From positions 77,936 to 141,935 of IMG/VR virus record IMGVR_UViG_3300021399_000111: a stretch of DNA of 64,000 nt; one strand, given 5' to 3'. The position numbers were made by a program, and so were the translations under genes. This document shows, in pieces, positions 31,969 to 40,007 of the stretch. Below the pieces are notes generated by a model. It was not told the DNA's origin. It searched no databases and worked only from the letters and a program-made list of their open reading frames with translations. The stretch's first letter is position 1. The number at the start of each line of letters is the position of its first letter. Origin of the DNA: a virus (Duplodnaviria > Caudoviricetes).

Positions 31969-32487
31969 TTAAAAACCAAATAAAGAATCAATGTCATCAT
32001 CACTGATGACAGCTGGGTATTGAGGAACCCATTCTGTACCATCCCATAAATAAAAAATTCCTTCGTCTATGACATAGTACATTTTTCTGTCAGCACTTGT
32101 AAATCTGACAGGAAGGTCATCAACTGTTTCAACTAAATCATAATTACCATCTGGAGTACCTATGGCATTCCAATGACTTTCAATAAAAGTAGGATCTGAA
32201 TTAGCAGTAATACAGCGATAAAAACACGAAGTATAGATTACTAAATCTCCATATTCATAATGATTACCCGCTTCCCAGGTATATATTGGAGTACCATCAT
32301 CGACAGCAAATTGTGTTTCTCTTGTATCACCTTCATCATTTTTCCATTCAAGAGTAATTATATTTTGTCCATCTTTTTTTATAACAGATTTGACCTTACA
32401 AGGAGCGCCTTTAAGTCCACCAAATTGAATTGCGGTTTCATTAGTGTACTTTTTACATAAGGCATATGTTTCTGCACTGAAAGCCAT
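31969..32487 (-). CDS. Putative virion protein with CBM5/12-like motif
   Basis: WEAG..Y.YGDLV.Y...YRC...W. Confidence 0.6.
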   Translation of the reverse strand: MAFSAETYALCKKYTNETAIQFGGLKGAPCKVKSVIKKDGQNIITLEWKNDEGDTRETQFAVDDGTPIYTWEAGNHYEYGDLVIYTSCFYRCITANSDPTFIESHWNAIGTPDGNYDLVETVDDLPVRFTSADRKMYYVIDEGIFYLWDGTEWVPQYPAVISDDDIDSLFGF

Positions 32488-32501
32488 TTATTTGCACCTC
32501 C

Positions 32502-32687
32502 TTATAATTCATGCCAAGTGTAATCATTACCCAGCATCCATACGGAGGAATCTTCAAGGATGATGCAAGTGCTTCCTGGCAACCATGCAGTAGTAGGAAG
32601 AGTTTCTATATCAGCAAGAGTATCAGCTACGGTATCATATTTATCATATTGTACTGTATCACCTTGCTGGATAATGGTGTATGCCAT
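32502..32687 (-). CDS. Small conserved phage protein, first gene of the fibre operon
   Basis: D...DI..LPT...PGS.C.......W.L.....W.EL; GGAGG RBS. Confidence 0.7.
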   Translation of the reverse strand: MAYTIIQQGDTVQYDKYDTVADTLADIETLPTTAWLPGSTCIILEDSSVWMLGNDYTWHEL

Positions 32688-32958
32688 GTATTTTTCCTCC
32701 TTCTTTTTATTTCCTCTTCTTAAGAAAAAGTAACCAATACTTCTCTCTCTATATATTTAGATTTTTTTACTGATTAAATTTAGGGATTTGCCCAAGAAAG
32801 TAAAAGTGAAAATAGAAAATTGCGGGCGTCCTTTGGTTTTGGGAAGACGATGTTCTTGACCATTAGCCGCCCAAGCATCACAACGCAAAAAATGGCAGAG
32901 AGTACATGCTCTCTGCCATAGCAGCCCAGAACTGAACTTATAAATTCATCCCTAGACA

Positions 32959-33040
32959 CGCTGCACACAGGATTCGAACCTGCAAAGCCTTTCAGCTCAA
33001 CGGTTTTCAAGACCGCTCCCTCACCGCCCGGACATGCAGC
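32959..33040 (-). tRNA. tRNA-Ser(TGA), short D-loop
   Basis: GCGGT-CTTGAAA-ACCGT; long variable arm. Confidence 0.88.
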
Positions 33041-33091
33041 ATTATTATTCACTTATCTGACTATATTGCGCTTTATAGCGACGATTTCCGC

Positions 33092-33200
33092 AAGACACAA
33101 TTAAAGCGTGGATTCGAACCACGATTACTTGACTTCCATCAAGCGTCCTTCCCCTTAGACGACTCTGGCTAGGAGCCAGTATGTTTGCTGTTTATGTCTT
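33092..33200 (-). ncRNA. Stem-ACAGCAA element copy 3, enclosing a tRNA-like D/AC/T domain
   Basis: AAGACATA-A-ACAGCAA...TGTGTCTT; D-arm GTCTAAGGGGAAGGAC, 6-nt anticodon loop, T-arm CGTGG-TTCGAAT-CCACG. Confidence 0.75.
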
Positions 33201-33210
33201 TCTTTTGTAG

Positions 33211-33300
33211 CGGAGCCTGAAGGACTCGAACCTTCACACCAGATTTCTCTGGTCTAATTGATTAGCAATCAATCCTCGTCACCAATTTGAGTAAGACTCC
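33211..33300 (-). tRNA. tRNA-Ser(GCT)
   Basis: ATTGA-TTGCTAA-TCAAT; long variable arm. Confidence 0.93.
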
Positions 33301-33406
33301 ATTTGTGAGGACTAGGGCCTACCTCACTGTACCCGAAGCCTGAAACGGGCTTTCTCTTAATGTCGAGCCACAGCACATTTTTTTATTTCTTGATTTGCTT
33401 TGAAAA

Positions 33407-33482
33407 AGATATCGGTAGGATTCGAACCTACGACTACGAGTTTTGCAGACTCGCCTCTTTAGCCAGACTTGAGTACGATATC
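33407..33482 (-). tRNA. tRNA-Cys(GCA)
   Basis: CGAGT-CTGCAAA-ACTCG; U73. Confidence 0.93.
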
Positions 33483-33490
33483 AACTAGTG

Positions 33491-33574
33491 TGGGCGAAGA
33501 GGGAGTCGAACCCACTCGAACCCGAAGATAGCAGATTTACAGTCTGCCCAGCCTCCGTAGCCGTTTACTCGCCC
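33491..33574 (-). tRNA. tRNA-Tyr(GTA)
   Basis: GCAGA-CTGTAAA-TCTGC; long variable arm. Confidence 0.9.
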
Positions 33575-33730
33575 AAAATCGCGGAGCGCAACCTCCGCCC
33601 GCAGAGGAGTTCCCCTGGAATTCCCAATCTTGACGAAATTGGTGGTGGACCTCTATACGGTATTATCATTGGTGACCTCTTCTGAGGAACCGCATCCGGC
33701 CTCGGGTGTTAATGACTTTTCCTTGTCAAG

Positions 33731-33810
33731 TATCCGAGGAGGGACTCGAACCCTCACGCCTTCGCACTGCATCCTTAGTGCAGCCTGTCTACCAATTCCA
33801 GCACTCGGAC
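33731..33810 (-). tRNA. tRNA-Leu(AAG)
   Basis: CTGCA-CTAAGGA-TGCAG; Leu-type D-arm GGAATTGGTAGAC; A73. Confidence 0.9.
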
Positions 33811-33815
33811 ATAAA

Positions 33816-33889
33816 TACTCAAGGTAGGAATCGAACCTACAAGACTTTGATTTTGAATCAAATATGTCTACCAATTGCATCACTTGAGC
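33816..33889 (-). tRNA. tRNA-Leu(CAA) with short variable loop
   Basis: TTTGA-TTCAAAA-TCAAA; variable region only 4-5 nt. Confidence 0.88.
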
Positions 33890-33896
33890 CTAGATG

Positions 33897-33969
33897 TCGA
33901 GATGATAGGACTTGAACCTACAGCTTCTTCCTTGTAGGGGAAGCACTCTCCCAGTTGAGTTACATCTCG
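33897..33969 (-). tRNA. tRNA-Val(TAC)
   Basis: CTTCC-CCTACAA-GGAAG (C33). Confidence 0.9.
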
Positions 33970-33975
33970 AAATTC

Positions 33976-34042
33976 TTGCAACATTAGGATTCGAACCTAA
34001 ACCTCCGCAGTCAGTGTGCTCCTCCAATTACACCATGTTGCT
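33976..34042 (-). ncRNA. tRNA-like RNA with truncated anticodon arm
   Basis: GCAACA/TGTTGC acceptor, D-arm and T-arm TTAGG-TTCGAAT-CCTAA intact; anticodon arm reduced to CTG-ACTG-CGG. Confidence 0.7.
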
Positions 34043-34194
34043 AACGATTATTCATACTTTCACATCTGTTTAGCTATTTGCGCAATATAGCTCCGCTTAT
34101 ATTTCTTCCACCAATAAGTTGTTGCAACAACTTATTATCACCCTTGATGCTATCTCTTTGAATAACCGTTGATTGTACTTGCAATTACAATCAA

Positions 34195-34325
34195 GAGGGA
34201 AGGTGAGGATTTGCACCCCTACATGATATAGCCCATTATGACCAAACACAATTCATCGAACGCGCTTTACGCTCCTTATCGCTATATCTTCCCAAGCCCG
34301 CGTCTACCTATTCCGCCACATCCCA
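34195..34325 (-). ncRNA. Expanded tRNA-Leu-like RNA
   Basis: GTGGCGGAATAGGTAGACGC D-arm identical to tRNA-Leu(TAA); T-loop TGCAAAT; about 75-nt insert closed by GATATAGC/GCTATATC in place of the anticodon arm. Confidence 0.6.
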
Positions 34326-34874
34326 CTTACTCTGAATTGGTTTATAAATAGTTAATAATGAGACGATACCACCGCTCTACCTGAGGATAACTTTCCCAAC
34401 CTACAGAATATACTCTGTTTTCCAGATAATATACTCTGCTGCATGCTAGGTTGCTCAGGCCCCCGACATTAGTCGTTCAGAAGGTTTCTACGCACCTACA
34501 ACAAATAGATAGCTTACCGCAAGAGGCGAATTCATTTTTGTTCTTGTCTCTGATTCAAGGATATAAGGGGTGGCTTCGCCTAGTATCCCTTGTTCCTCTC
34601 TCGCCCATTTCAGCTAACAACCCTGGTCCTCGTGCTTCCACTTGTCTCGAACCTTTACCTGTAGGAGAACTGATCAGGTCCTCGTTCGCAGGCTTTTCCC
34701 CCGAAATCTGCGGGTCTGTTTGGGGACTTAGTGGTCAGCACAGCACATAGGTGGCAACATTTTAGGGTCCGTCGCCCAGACCGCTTGAGACGGGTTTTAT
34801 GTCTCCGTTCCGACAGATGATTATTTGTGCCCCTTATCCAAGGTTTTGCGTATGCATCCGCCACAAATAATCTA

Positions 34875-34958
34875 TGCTGATGGTGGGACTCGAACCCACA
34901 CGAGCTTTCGCTCAACGGATTTTAAGTCCGTTGCGTCTACCTATTCCGCCACACCAGC
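34875..34958 (-). tRNA. tRNA-Leu(TAA)
   Basis: ACGGA-CTTAAAA-TCCGT. Confidence 0.96.
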
Positions 34959-34965
34959 GAAGAAC

Positions 34966-35036
34966 TGTGCCCTACAGGAGTTGAACCTGCCTAGTTAGAT
35001 TAAAAGTCTAATGCATAACCGATTTGCTAAGGGCAC
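34966..35036 (-). tRNA. tRNA-Lys(TTT)
   Basis: TTAGA-CTTTTAA-TCTAA. Confidence 0.93.
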
Positions 35037-35196
35037 TGAATCTATCAGACTAGCTTTTCAAGATTGCGGATTTCGCGTTTCAGCCGCCTAACAACTCCGC
35101 CCGCCTTGATATCCTTAGGATCATTTACCAACTTATTCAGTCTATCTCTTTTCAGTGCCAACTTTTCATTAATAGTCATTTCTCTCTTCTCCTTTT

Positions 35197-35553
35197 TCAA
35201 TCATCTTCCCACATAACAGTATCATGCATTGGAGCAAAGGTCTTAATACGATTATGTTCTACAATACCAAGCAACTTTTCATTATCATCTTCTTCTAAGA
35301 TATAAATACGAGCAGTATCAGAAGTAAATGCTTTCCTTCCTTTTGGTTGAGTACACAACTTGGCACATTTTTCTATCCTTGCCATATCAGTTGTATTTAA
35401 CTCCATACGACCACCACCGCCAACAACGATAAAGATTGGTTTACCATTTTTAAACTTAGGTTTTGTATCAAGAATTCTACCAATCCATTTAATATGATAT
35501 TCGCTATGGACATCCTTAACTATTAAATGAGTTTTAATGAGAATCTCTTCCAT
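35197..35553 (-). CDS. Hypothetical protein
   Basis: ORF coupled to the upstream gene. Confidence 0.7.
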   Translation of the reverse strand: MEEILIKTHLIVKDVHSEYHIKWIGRILDTKPKFKNGKPIFIVVGGGGRMELNTTDMARIEKCAKLCTQPKGRKAFTSDTARIYILEEDDNEKLLGIVEHNRIKTFAPMHDTVMWEDD

Positions 35554-35758
35554 TGTTTATCCTTTCAAAGAAATCCATAATATCATTGTTAACTTGTCTA
35601 GTCACTATATCAGAACTGGCTACTGATTTAGATGGCGGAGGATTAGGATTATGTTCTTTCCAACATTTTAAATAGTGCTTTTGAATAAGTTCCTCTGTTT
35701 TAAACTTCTTAAAACAAGTAGGACAAATAAACAATATATTTATTCTCCTTTTCTCCAT
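35534..35758 (-). CDS. Small C2H2/C2HC zinc-finger-like protein
   Basis: CPTCFKKF.....IQKHYLKC. Confidence 0.6.
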   Translation of the reverse strand: MEKRRINILFICPTCFKKFKTEELIQKHYLKCWKEHNPNPPPSKSVASSDIVTRQVNNDIMDFFERINNGRDSH

Positions 35759-35924
35759 TTGATATATATATTATATCATAAATTTTAATAAAAATCAAAT
35801 GGTGTTTGCGGGCGCCGCCTCGGGAACTATTAAACGGAACATCAGGCGCTTTATATCCACGCCCGCCGCACCTCCAATATAAAAACGGGTTTTTGATTAT
35901 GCTAGAACCCCTTAAAACTAGCGA

Positions 35925-35998
35925 TAGCGAGGGCAAGATTTGAACTTGCGACCTTCTGGGCATGAGCCAGATGAGCTTCCGGACTGCTCCACCTCGCG
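35925..35998 (-). tRNA. tRNA-Met(CAT), initiator-like
   Basis: CGCGAGG start with unpaired 1:72; TCTGG-CTCATGC-CCAGA. Confidence 0.9.
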
Positions 35999-36019
35999 AT
36001 ATAGCATAGGGATAATTAC

Positions 36020-36140
36020 AAGACACTCAAGTTTTTGCTACCATTACACCATACAACCCCTAAATTGCACTGGGATTCGAACCCAGACCAAAAAATTTGC
36101 AGTTTTCTTTTATTCTTGAAAAATTTGCTGTATGTGTCTC
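36020..36140 (-). ncRNA. Stem-ACAGCAA element copy 4, enclosing a circularly permuted tRNA domain (YrlA-like)
   Basis: GAGACACA-T-ACAGCAA...GTGTCTT; internal order is anticodon-like hairpin, T-arm CTGGG-TTCGAAT-CCCAG, acceptor 3' TGCAATT, loop, acceptor 5' GGTTGTA, D-arm TGGTGTAATGGTAGC. Confidence 0.8.
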
Positions 36141-36142
36141 AA

Positions 36143-37061
36143 TCACCTGACCGGGACTCGAACCCGGATTTGCAGCGTGAAGCTGATTATGAGTCTTGCA
36201 CTCATATTTTTGACCAATCATCGTCAGAATATTTATTTATGTCAACTTTCTTTCGAGGAAGATTAAATTTATCGCACCATTTCCTTATAGCATTATCAGT
36301 TACTCCATATTGTAAACCTATCTGAGTAAAAGGCAAAGTACGAATTAATTTTTTTAATTCTTCTCTTGTAACAGGTAAATCTGTACAAGGAATAATTTGT
36401 TTTTTAGAAGAACATTCTCTACATCTTTGACTTTCTTTAGAAATTTCTTTCCCACAATCAATACAAAAATTCTTTTTTATATATTGTTTTCTATTTTTCC
36501 CATTTGTAGTATCTAATTGTTGATTACAATTAGGACAAACCCAACGAAGATTCTCTAATCTATCATCATGATTTGAACCATTAATATGATCGAGAATTAG
36601 AATTAATTCTTTTCCTTGCCATATTGGTTCTTGTCCACAGATACTACATACATATGGAACATAATTTCCTTTTACAAACCAATTTCTTAATGTTTTTTGA
36701 TCAGCAGTTGAATTTTCTACAAAAACATTTTCTACTGTTCTTTTAATTGGTTCCTTTTTTTGTCCAAAATGTGAATAATCAAATTTTTCAATTTTTTCTT
36801 CTAAAAAATTTTTTAAATCTCCTGAGAAAGCTGTATATCCCAACTTTCTTGCTAATTCTCTAAAAGAATTAGACTGTTCAACAATTTGTTGTAATTCATT
36901 TTCATTATAATTATCAATTAAAGAACTCATATATTTCTCTCCTTTTTTTGATATTATATATGAAAATTGAACTTACATAATTGAATTCGATTGTCCAAAA
37001 GTTTTCCTTTTAAACTAAAATCAACAAGGCTGCTGTCCTAGACCTGTTAGACGACCAGGCG
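36143..37061 (-). tRNA. tRNA-Glu(TTC) split by an 845-nt insertion (exons 37061-37027 and 36181-36143)
   Basis: Joined exons give a 74-nt cloverleaf: CGCCTGG/TCAGGTG acceptor, GCAGC-CT|TTCAC-GCTGC anticodon arm, CCGGG-TTCGAGT-CCCGG T-arm. Confidence 0.9.
36202..36930 (-). CDS. HNH homing endonuclease with zinc fingers, inside the tRNA-Glu insertion
   Basis: CSICG..LILDHING.NHDDRLENLRWVCPNC; CIDCG..RCREC; terminal HTH-like segments. Confidence 0.92.
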   Translation of the reverse strand: MSSLIDNYNENELQQIVEQSNSFRELARKLGYTAFSGDLKNFLEEKIEKFDYSHFGQKKEPIKRTVENVFVENSTADQKTLRNWFVKGNYVPYVCSICGQEPIWQGKELILILDHINGSNHDDRLENLRWVCPNCNQQLDTTNGKNRKQYIKKNFCIDCGKEISKESQRCRECSSKKQIIPCTDLPVTREELKKLIRTLPFTQIGLQYGVTDNAIRKWCDKFNLPRKKVDINKYSDDDWSKI

Positions 37062-37417
37062 AGAATCGATTTTAGAGGATAATCGAGAACCCGTGCTCCC
37101 TATACGCCGAGTCAGCGGTTTTTGTTATGATTTATATACCGGTAGCAAACAGGTTTTCTCCGCAAAGCCCGGTTAAAAAGACAATACCTTAACTACTTGG
37201 TTATGACCGCATTAACACCTAGTGTCTGCCGCCACTCGGATTTGCACCGAGGATTTTGTCTTATTCTCCACGATAGCCTGCCGATACAGCGCGCCCACAT
37301 CTGTTACTCTCTAGCTACTAGAGCGAGATTCGGACTATCCTCCAATCGGTTATCTACCCTTTGTGGAAATGAAGTCGTCCTGCCCCACTCCGAAGAGGTT
37401 GCGTGTCCTGACTTCAA

Positions 37418-37490
37418 TGACGGATGCGAGATTCGAACACGCGTTCCCCGACTGAGAATCGGGAGTCCTGAGCCACTAGACGAATCCGCC
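37418..37490 (-). tRNA. tRNA-Glu(CTC)
   Basis: CCCGA-TTCTCAG-TCGGG. Confidence 0.9.
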
Positions 37491-37730
37491 AGCTAATGCG
37501 TTTGCTTTATTTTTTACGAGTAATCAAGACGCTAATGGAAACTCGGTTCTTTTAACGAGGTTGTCTCCTCAATGAAGATAGGAAGAGTTGTGGGTTACTA
37601 CCGACCTCTTTCTGCAAGCCTTTTCAACTAAAAAGTATGCTAACTATCTTCTTAAAAAATATATACAAGTGTTTTTCATTTGTTATATATATTATAACAT
37701 ATTTTTTATAAAAAATCAAATTATTTTCAA

Positions 37731-37806
37731 TGGAGCTTATGAGAATCGAACTCATCTGCTTTCCGCATTGCAGGTGCGGTGACCACTCCTTGCAGTCCCA
37801 AACCCC
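37731..37806 (-). tRNA. tRNA-Ala(TGC)
   Basis: G3.U70; CCGCA-CCTGCAA-TGCGG. Confidence 0.9.
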
Positions 37807-37812
37807 AATCTC

Positions 37813-37936
37813 TAGGCACACCACTCTTTTTTTATTATTTTAAGTGGGAAAAATCTGTTGTTCAAAAAATCCACCGCGCTTTACTTTAAAAACAGTTAGC
37901 TTGATATTTTGTTAAAGTTTGCTGAACTTGTGCCTA
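37813..37936 (-). ncRNA. Stem-WCAGCAA element copy 5
   Basis: TAGGCACA-AGT-TCAGCAA...TGTGCCTA, between a promoter and tRNA-Ala. Confidence 0.55.
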
Positions 37937-38003
37937 TATATTTTCTTTTTCCTTAACTTTCTATAAATATTATAATATAATTTTTATAAAAAATCAAATT
38001 GGA

Positions 38004-38076
38004 AGCACCATGTGAGACTCGAACTCGCATTTCAGACTTGGCAAGCCTGTATATTAACCACTTATACGAATGGTGC
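38004..38076 (-). tRNA. tRNA-Gly(GCC)
   Basis: CAGGC-TTGCCAA-GTCTG. Confidence 0.93.
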
Positions 38077-38580
38077 AAAATACAAAACTCTAAATAATCT
38101 TTCTTAAAACATTTTACTTCCTCGCCTAGACATTGTTAAGGGGTCTGCGGGGCCACACCTCTTCCATAAATCCAGAATATTCCTCAAACATTTTAAAATT
38201 AATTATCTAAAAGTTTTGCTAAAATAGTTTTATAAGCAATTCGTTGGGCTACATTAGTGTATTTCATGTTCACTTATAAAAATATTTTTTAATATAGTTT
38301 TCCCATCTATTATTTAACTCCTAATACACATTCCCCTGTTTGACGTACAGGTAGAGTTATAACGCACATACAGTCATCTCTACGAAGTAGCTCGGCTATT
38401 CAGATATATCGTTTCACTGAAATAGCAGGATGGAGTATCCTTTTTCTATATGTGATGTAAGAAAAGAGCCTTCAGCTATAGGAGCAGCTCTCATGCATAT
38501 TCCCTAACGAGGATTTGGGACATCTATTTTAGATGCTTCCTACCCCGCCTATATTCACATCTTCTTACATTCAATTTAAA

Positions 38581-38653
38581 AGCACCATGTGAGATTCGAA
38601 CTCACATAGCAGGCGTGGAAGACCTGCGTACTAAACCGTTATACGAATGGTGC
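38581..38653 (-). tRNA. tRNA-Gly(TCC)
   Basis: CAGGT-CTTCCAC-GCCTG. Confidence 0.93.
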
Positions 38654-38655
38654 AT

Positions 38656-39217
38656 TTAGGATTGCTTTATTCTCACGCTCGTACAATCCTGCCGATGTAC
38701 CCCATCGGACGCCGTCGCATCTCATTATTTTTCATCTGCCCTTTGCGAGGAGCAGGCGATCTCGTTTACTGTCTATGGATCCTCGACAACTAAAGCCTAC
38801 CTCCGCCGTAGAATTTCAGCAGACGCTCAACCCTGTCTACTTCAGGACCACCCAGCACTTAAAGTGATCAAGAGCCATGGTCTCCAACGAGAACTTTTGC
38901 CCGTGTTAGCCGCCATCTGCCTAGCCTTTCGACTTGCCGAAATTAAATTAAAGAAGGACTCGACCAACATCCTACTTCGTTTGCAAACTAGCTTACTTCA
39001 TTTCGAGGCTTAGGCGAACACCTCAGGTAGCAACATAGCTTAATTAGACCTACCGCATTTTCTTGGCATCTTTTTACCATTCTCGTTGGTGGGTGAGGAA
39101 AGACAATGCTCTGCAAGATCCCCTACGATTAGCTTCCCTCTGGTCGCTAACTAACCACTGGTTTGTTCCTGTTCAACTCCAGCATCAAGCCACTCTAACG
39201 CTTTGTCTGCCTTAGAG
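38656..39217 (-). ncRNA. Candidate large structured ncRNA (about 560 nt) between tRNA-Asn and tRNA-Gly
   Basis: No ORF, raised GC, long-range CCAACGAGAA/TTCTCGTTGG pairing, terminal hairpins. Confidence 0.55.
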
Positions 39218-39220
39218 AAA

Positions 39221-39292
39221 CGGGAGTGTAGGGACTTGAACCCCAATACTACGGTTAACAGCCGCATGTCCTGACCATTGGACGACACTCCC
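39221..39292 (-). tRNA. tRNA-Asn(GTT)
   Basis: TGCGG-CTGTTAA-CCGTA. Confidence 0.92.
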
Positions 39293-39453
39293 TATTTAGG
39301 ATTTTCCATACAAGAAAGACCCTAAACTTTCATGTATGAGGTGAGATTTCTCTAAATCTCCGCACTCTCAAAAGCATCACCATAGCCTTTTATTATTCCT
39401 CGGTTTTAGTACGAGGTGGGATTAGAGAGGTGACAAGGAACCCTTACTTCGAG

Positions 39454-39526
39454 CGACCCCAGCGAGAATCGAACTCGCGACACGGATGTGACAGACCCGC
39501 ATTTTAACCATCTAAACTATGGAGCC
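39454..39526 (-). tRNA. tRNA-Asp(GTC)
   Basis: CGGGT-CTGTCAC-ATCCG. Confidence 0.93.
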
Positions 39527-39929
39527 AATTGCGGAGCCCATCCCGCATTTGTTGGGCAAAAAGAAAGAGAGGGGATATAAGATAAAGGAAAGACCTCAAA
39601 GGGAAAAATGTCAAAGCACTTCACATCCCCTTACCTTATATAAATATTATAACAAAAATTTTGAAAGAAATCAAGTAAATGGAACTCGGTTACATTTATC
39701 CACCGAAAAGTTAAACCCCGAGGGCCACAGGTGGTCGCCACTTGCTTTGAACAACTAGAATTTGTAAGAAATAAGATTTTTCTTTTTCAACTTTCTTACA
39801 AATATATTATAACAAAATTTTTATTAAAAATCAAATTGAGATATTTTATTTAAAATTTTGTTATTTCCGTTTCATACATTTTGTCCAATAACTTTATAAT
39901 TTTTCTTGTATGTAAGATGGAACCTTATC

Positions 39930-40001
39930 TAGGCTACCTGGGAATCGGACCCAGATCTACAGTTCCGTAGACTGTTGTTCTGTCCATTATACTAGTAGCC
40001 T
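39930..40001 (-). tRNA. tRNA-Arg(ACG)
   Basis: ACAGT-CTACGGA-ACTGT. Confidence 0.92.
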
Positions 40002-40007
40002 AAGAGA

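Noticed and set aside
32959-33040. Selenocysteine tRNA
   Set aside because: The anticodon is TGA (Ser), not TCA
35886-35922. preQ1-like riboswitch (GGTTCTAGC)
   Set aside because: Lacks the matching P1 stem and A-rich tail arrangement and has no relevant downstream gene
36182-37026. Group I intron explanation for the tRNA-Glu insert
   Set aside because: The position fits, but there is no room for a P3-P9 core outside the ORF and no terminal G giving a U33 loop
37300-37410. RNase P RNA (GAGGATAGTCCG resembles GAGGAAAGUCC)
   Set aside because: No convincing 3' P4 strand (AGAACCCGGCUUA-like); needs cmscan
32780-39758. Short ORFs over the RNA island (32780, 33488, 33653, 34451, 34655, 35709, 37197, 37624, 39519) and 15033-15233
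   Set aside because: They overlap tRNA, tmRNA or structured RNA sequences
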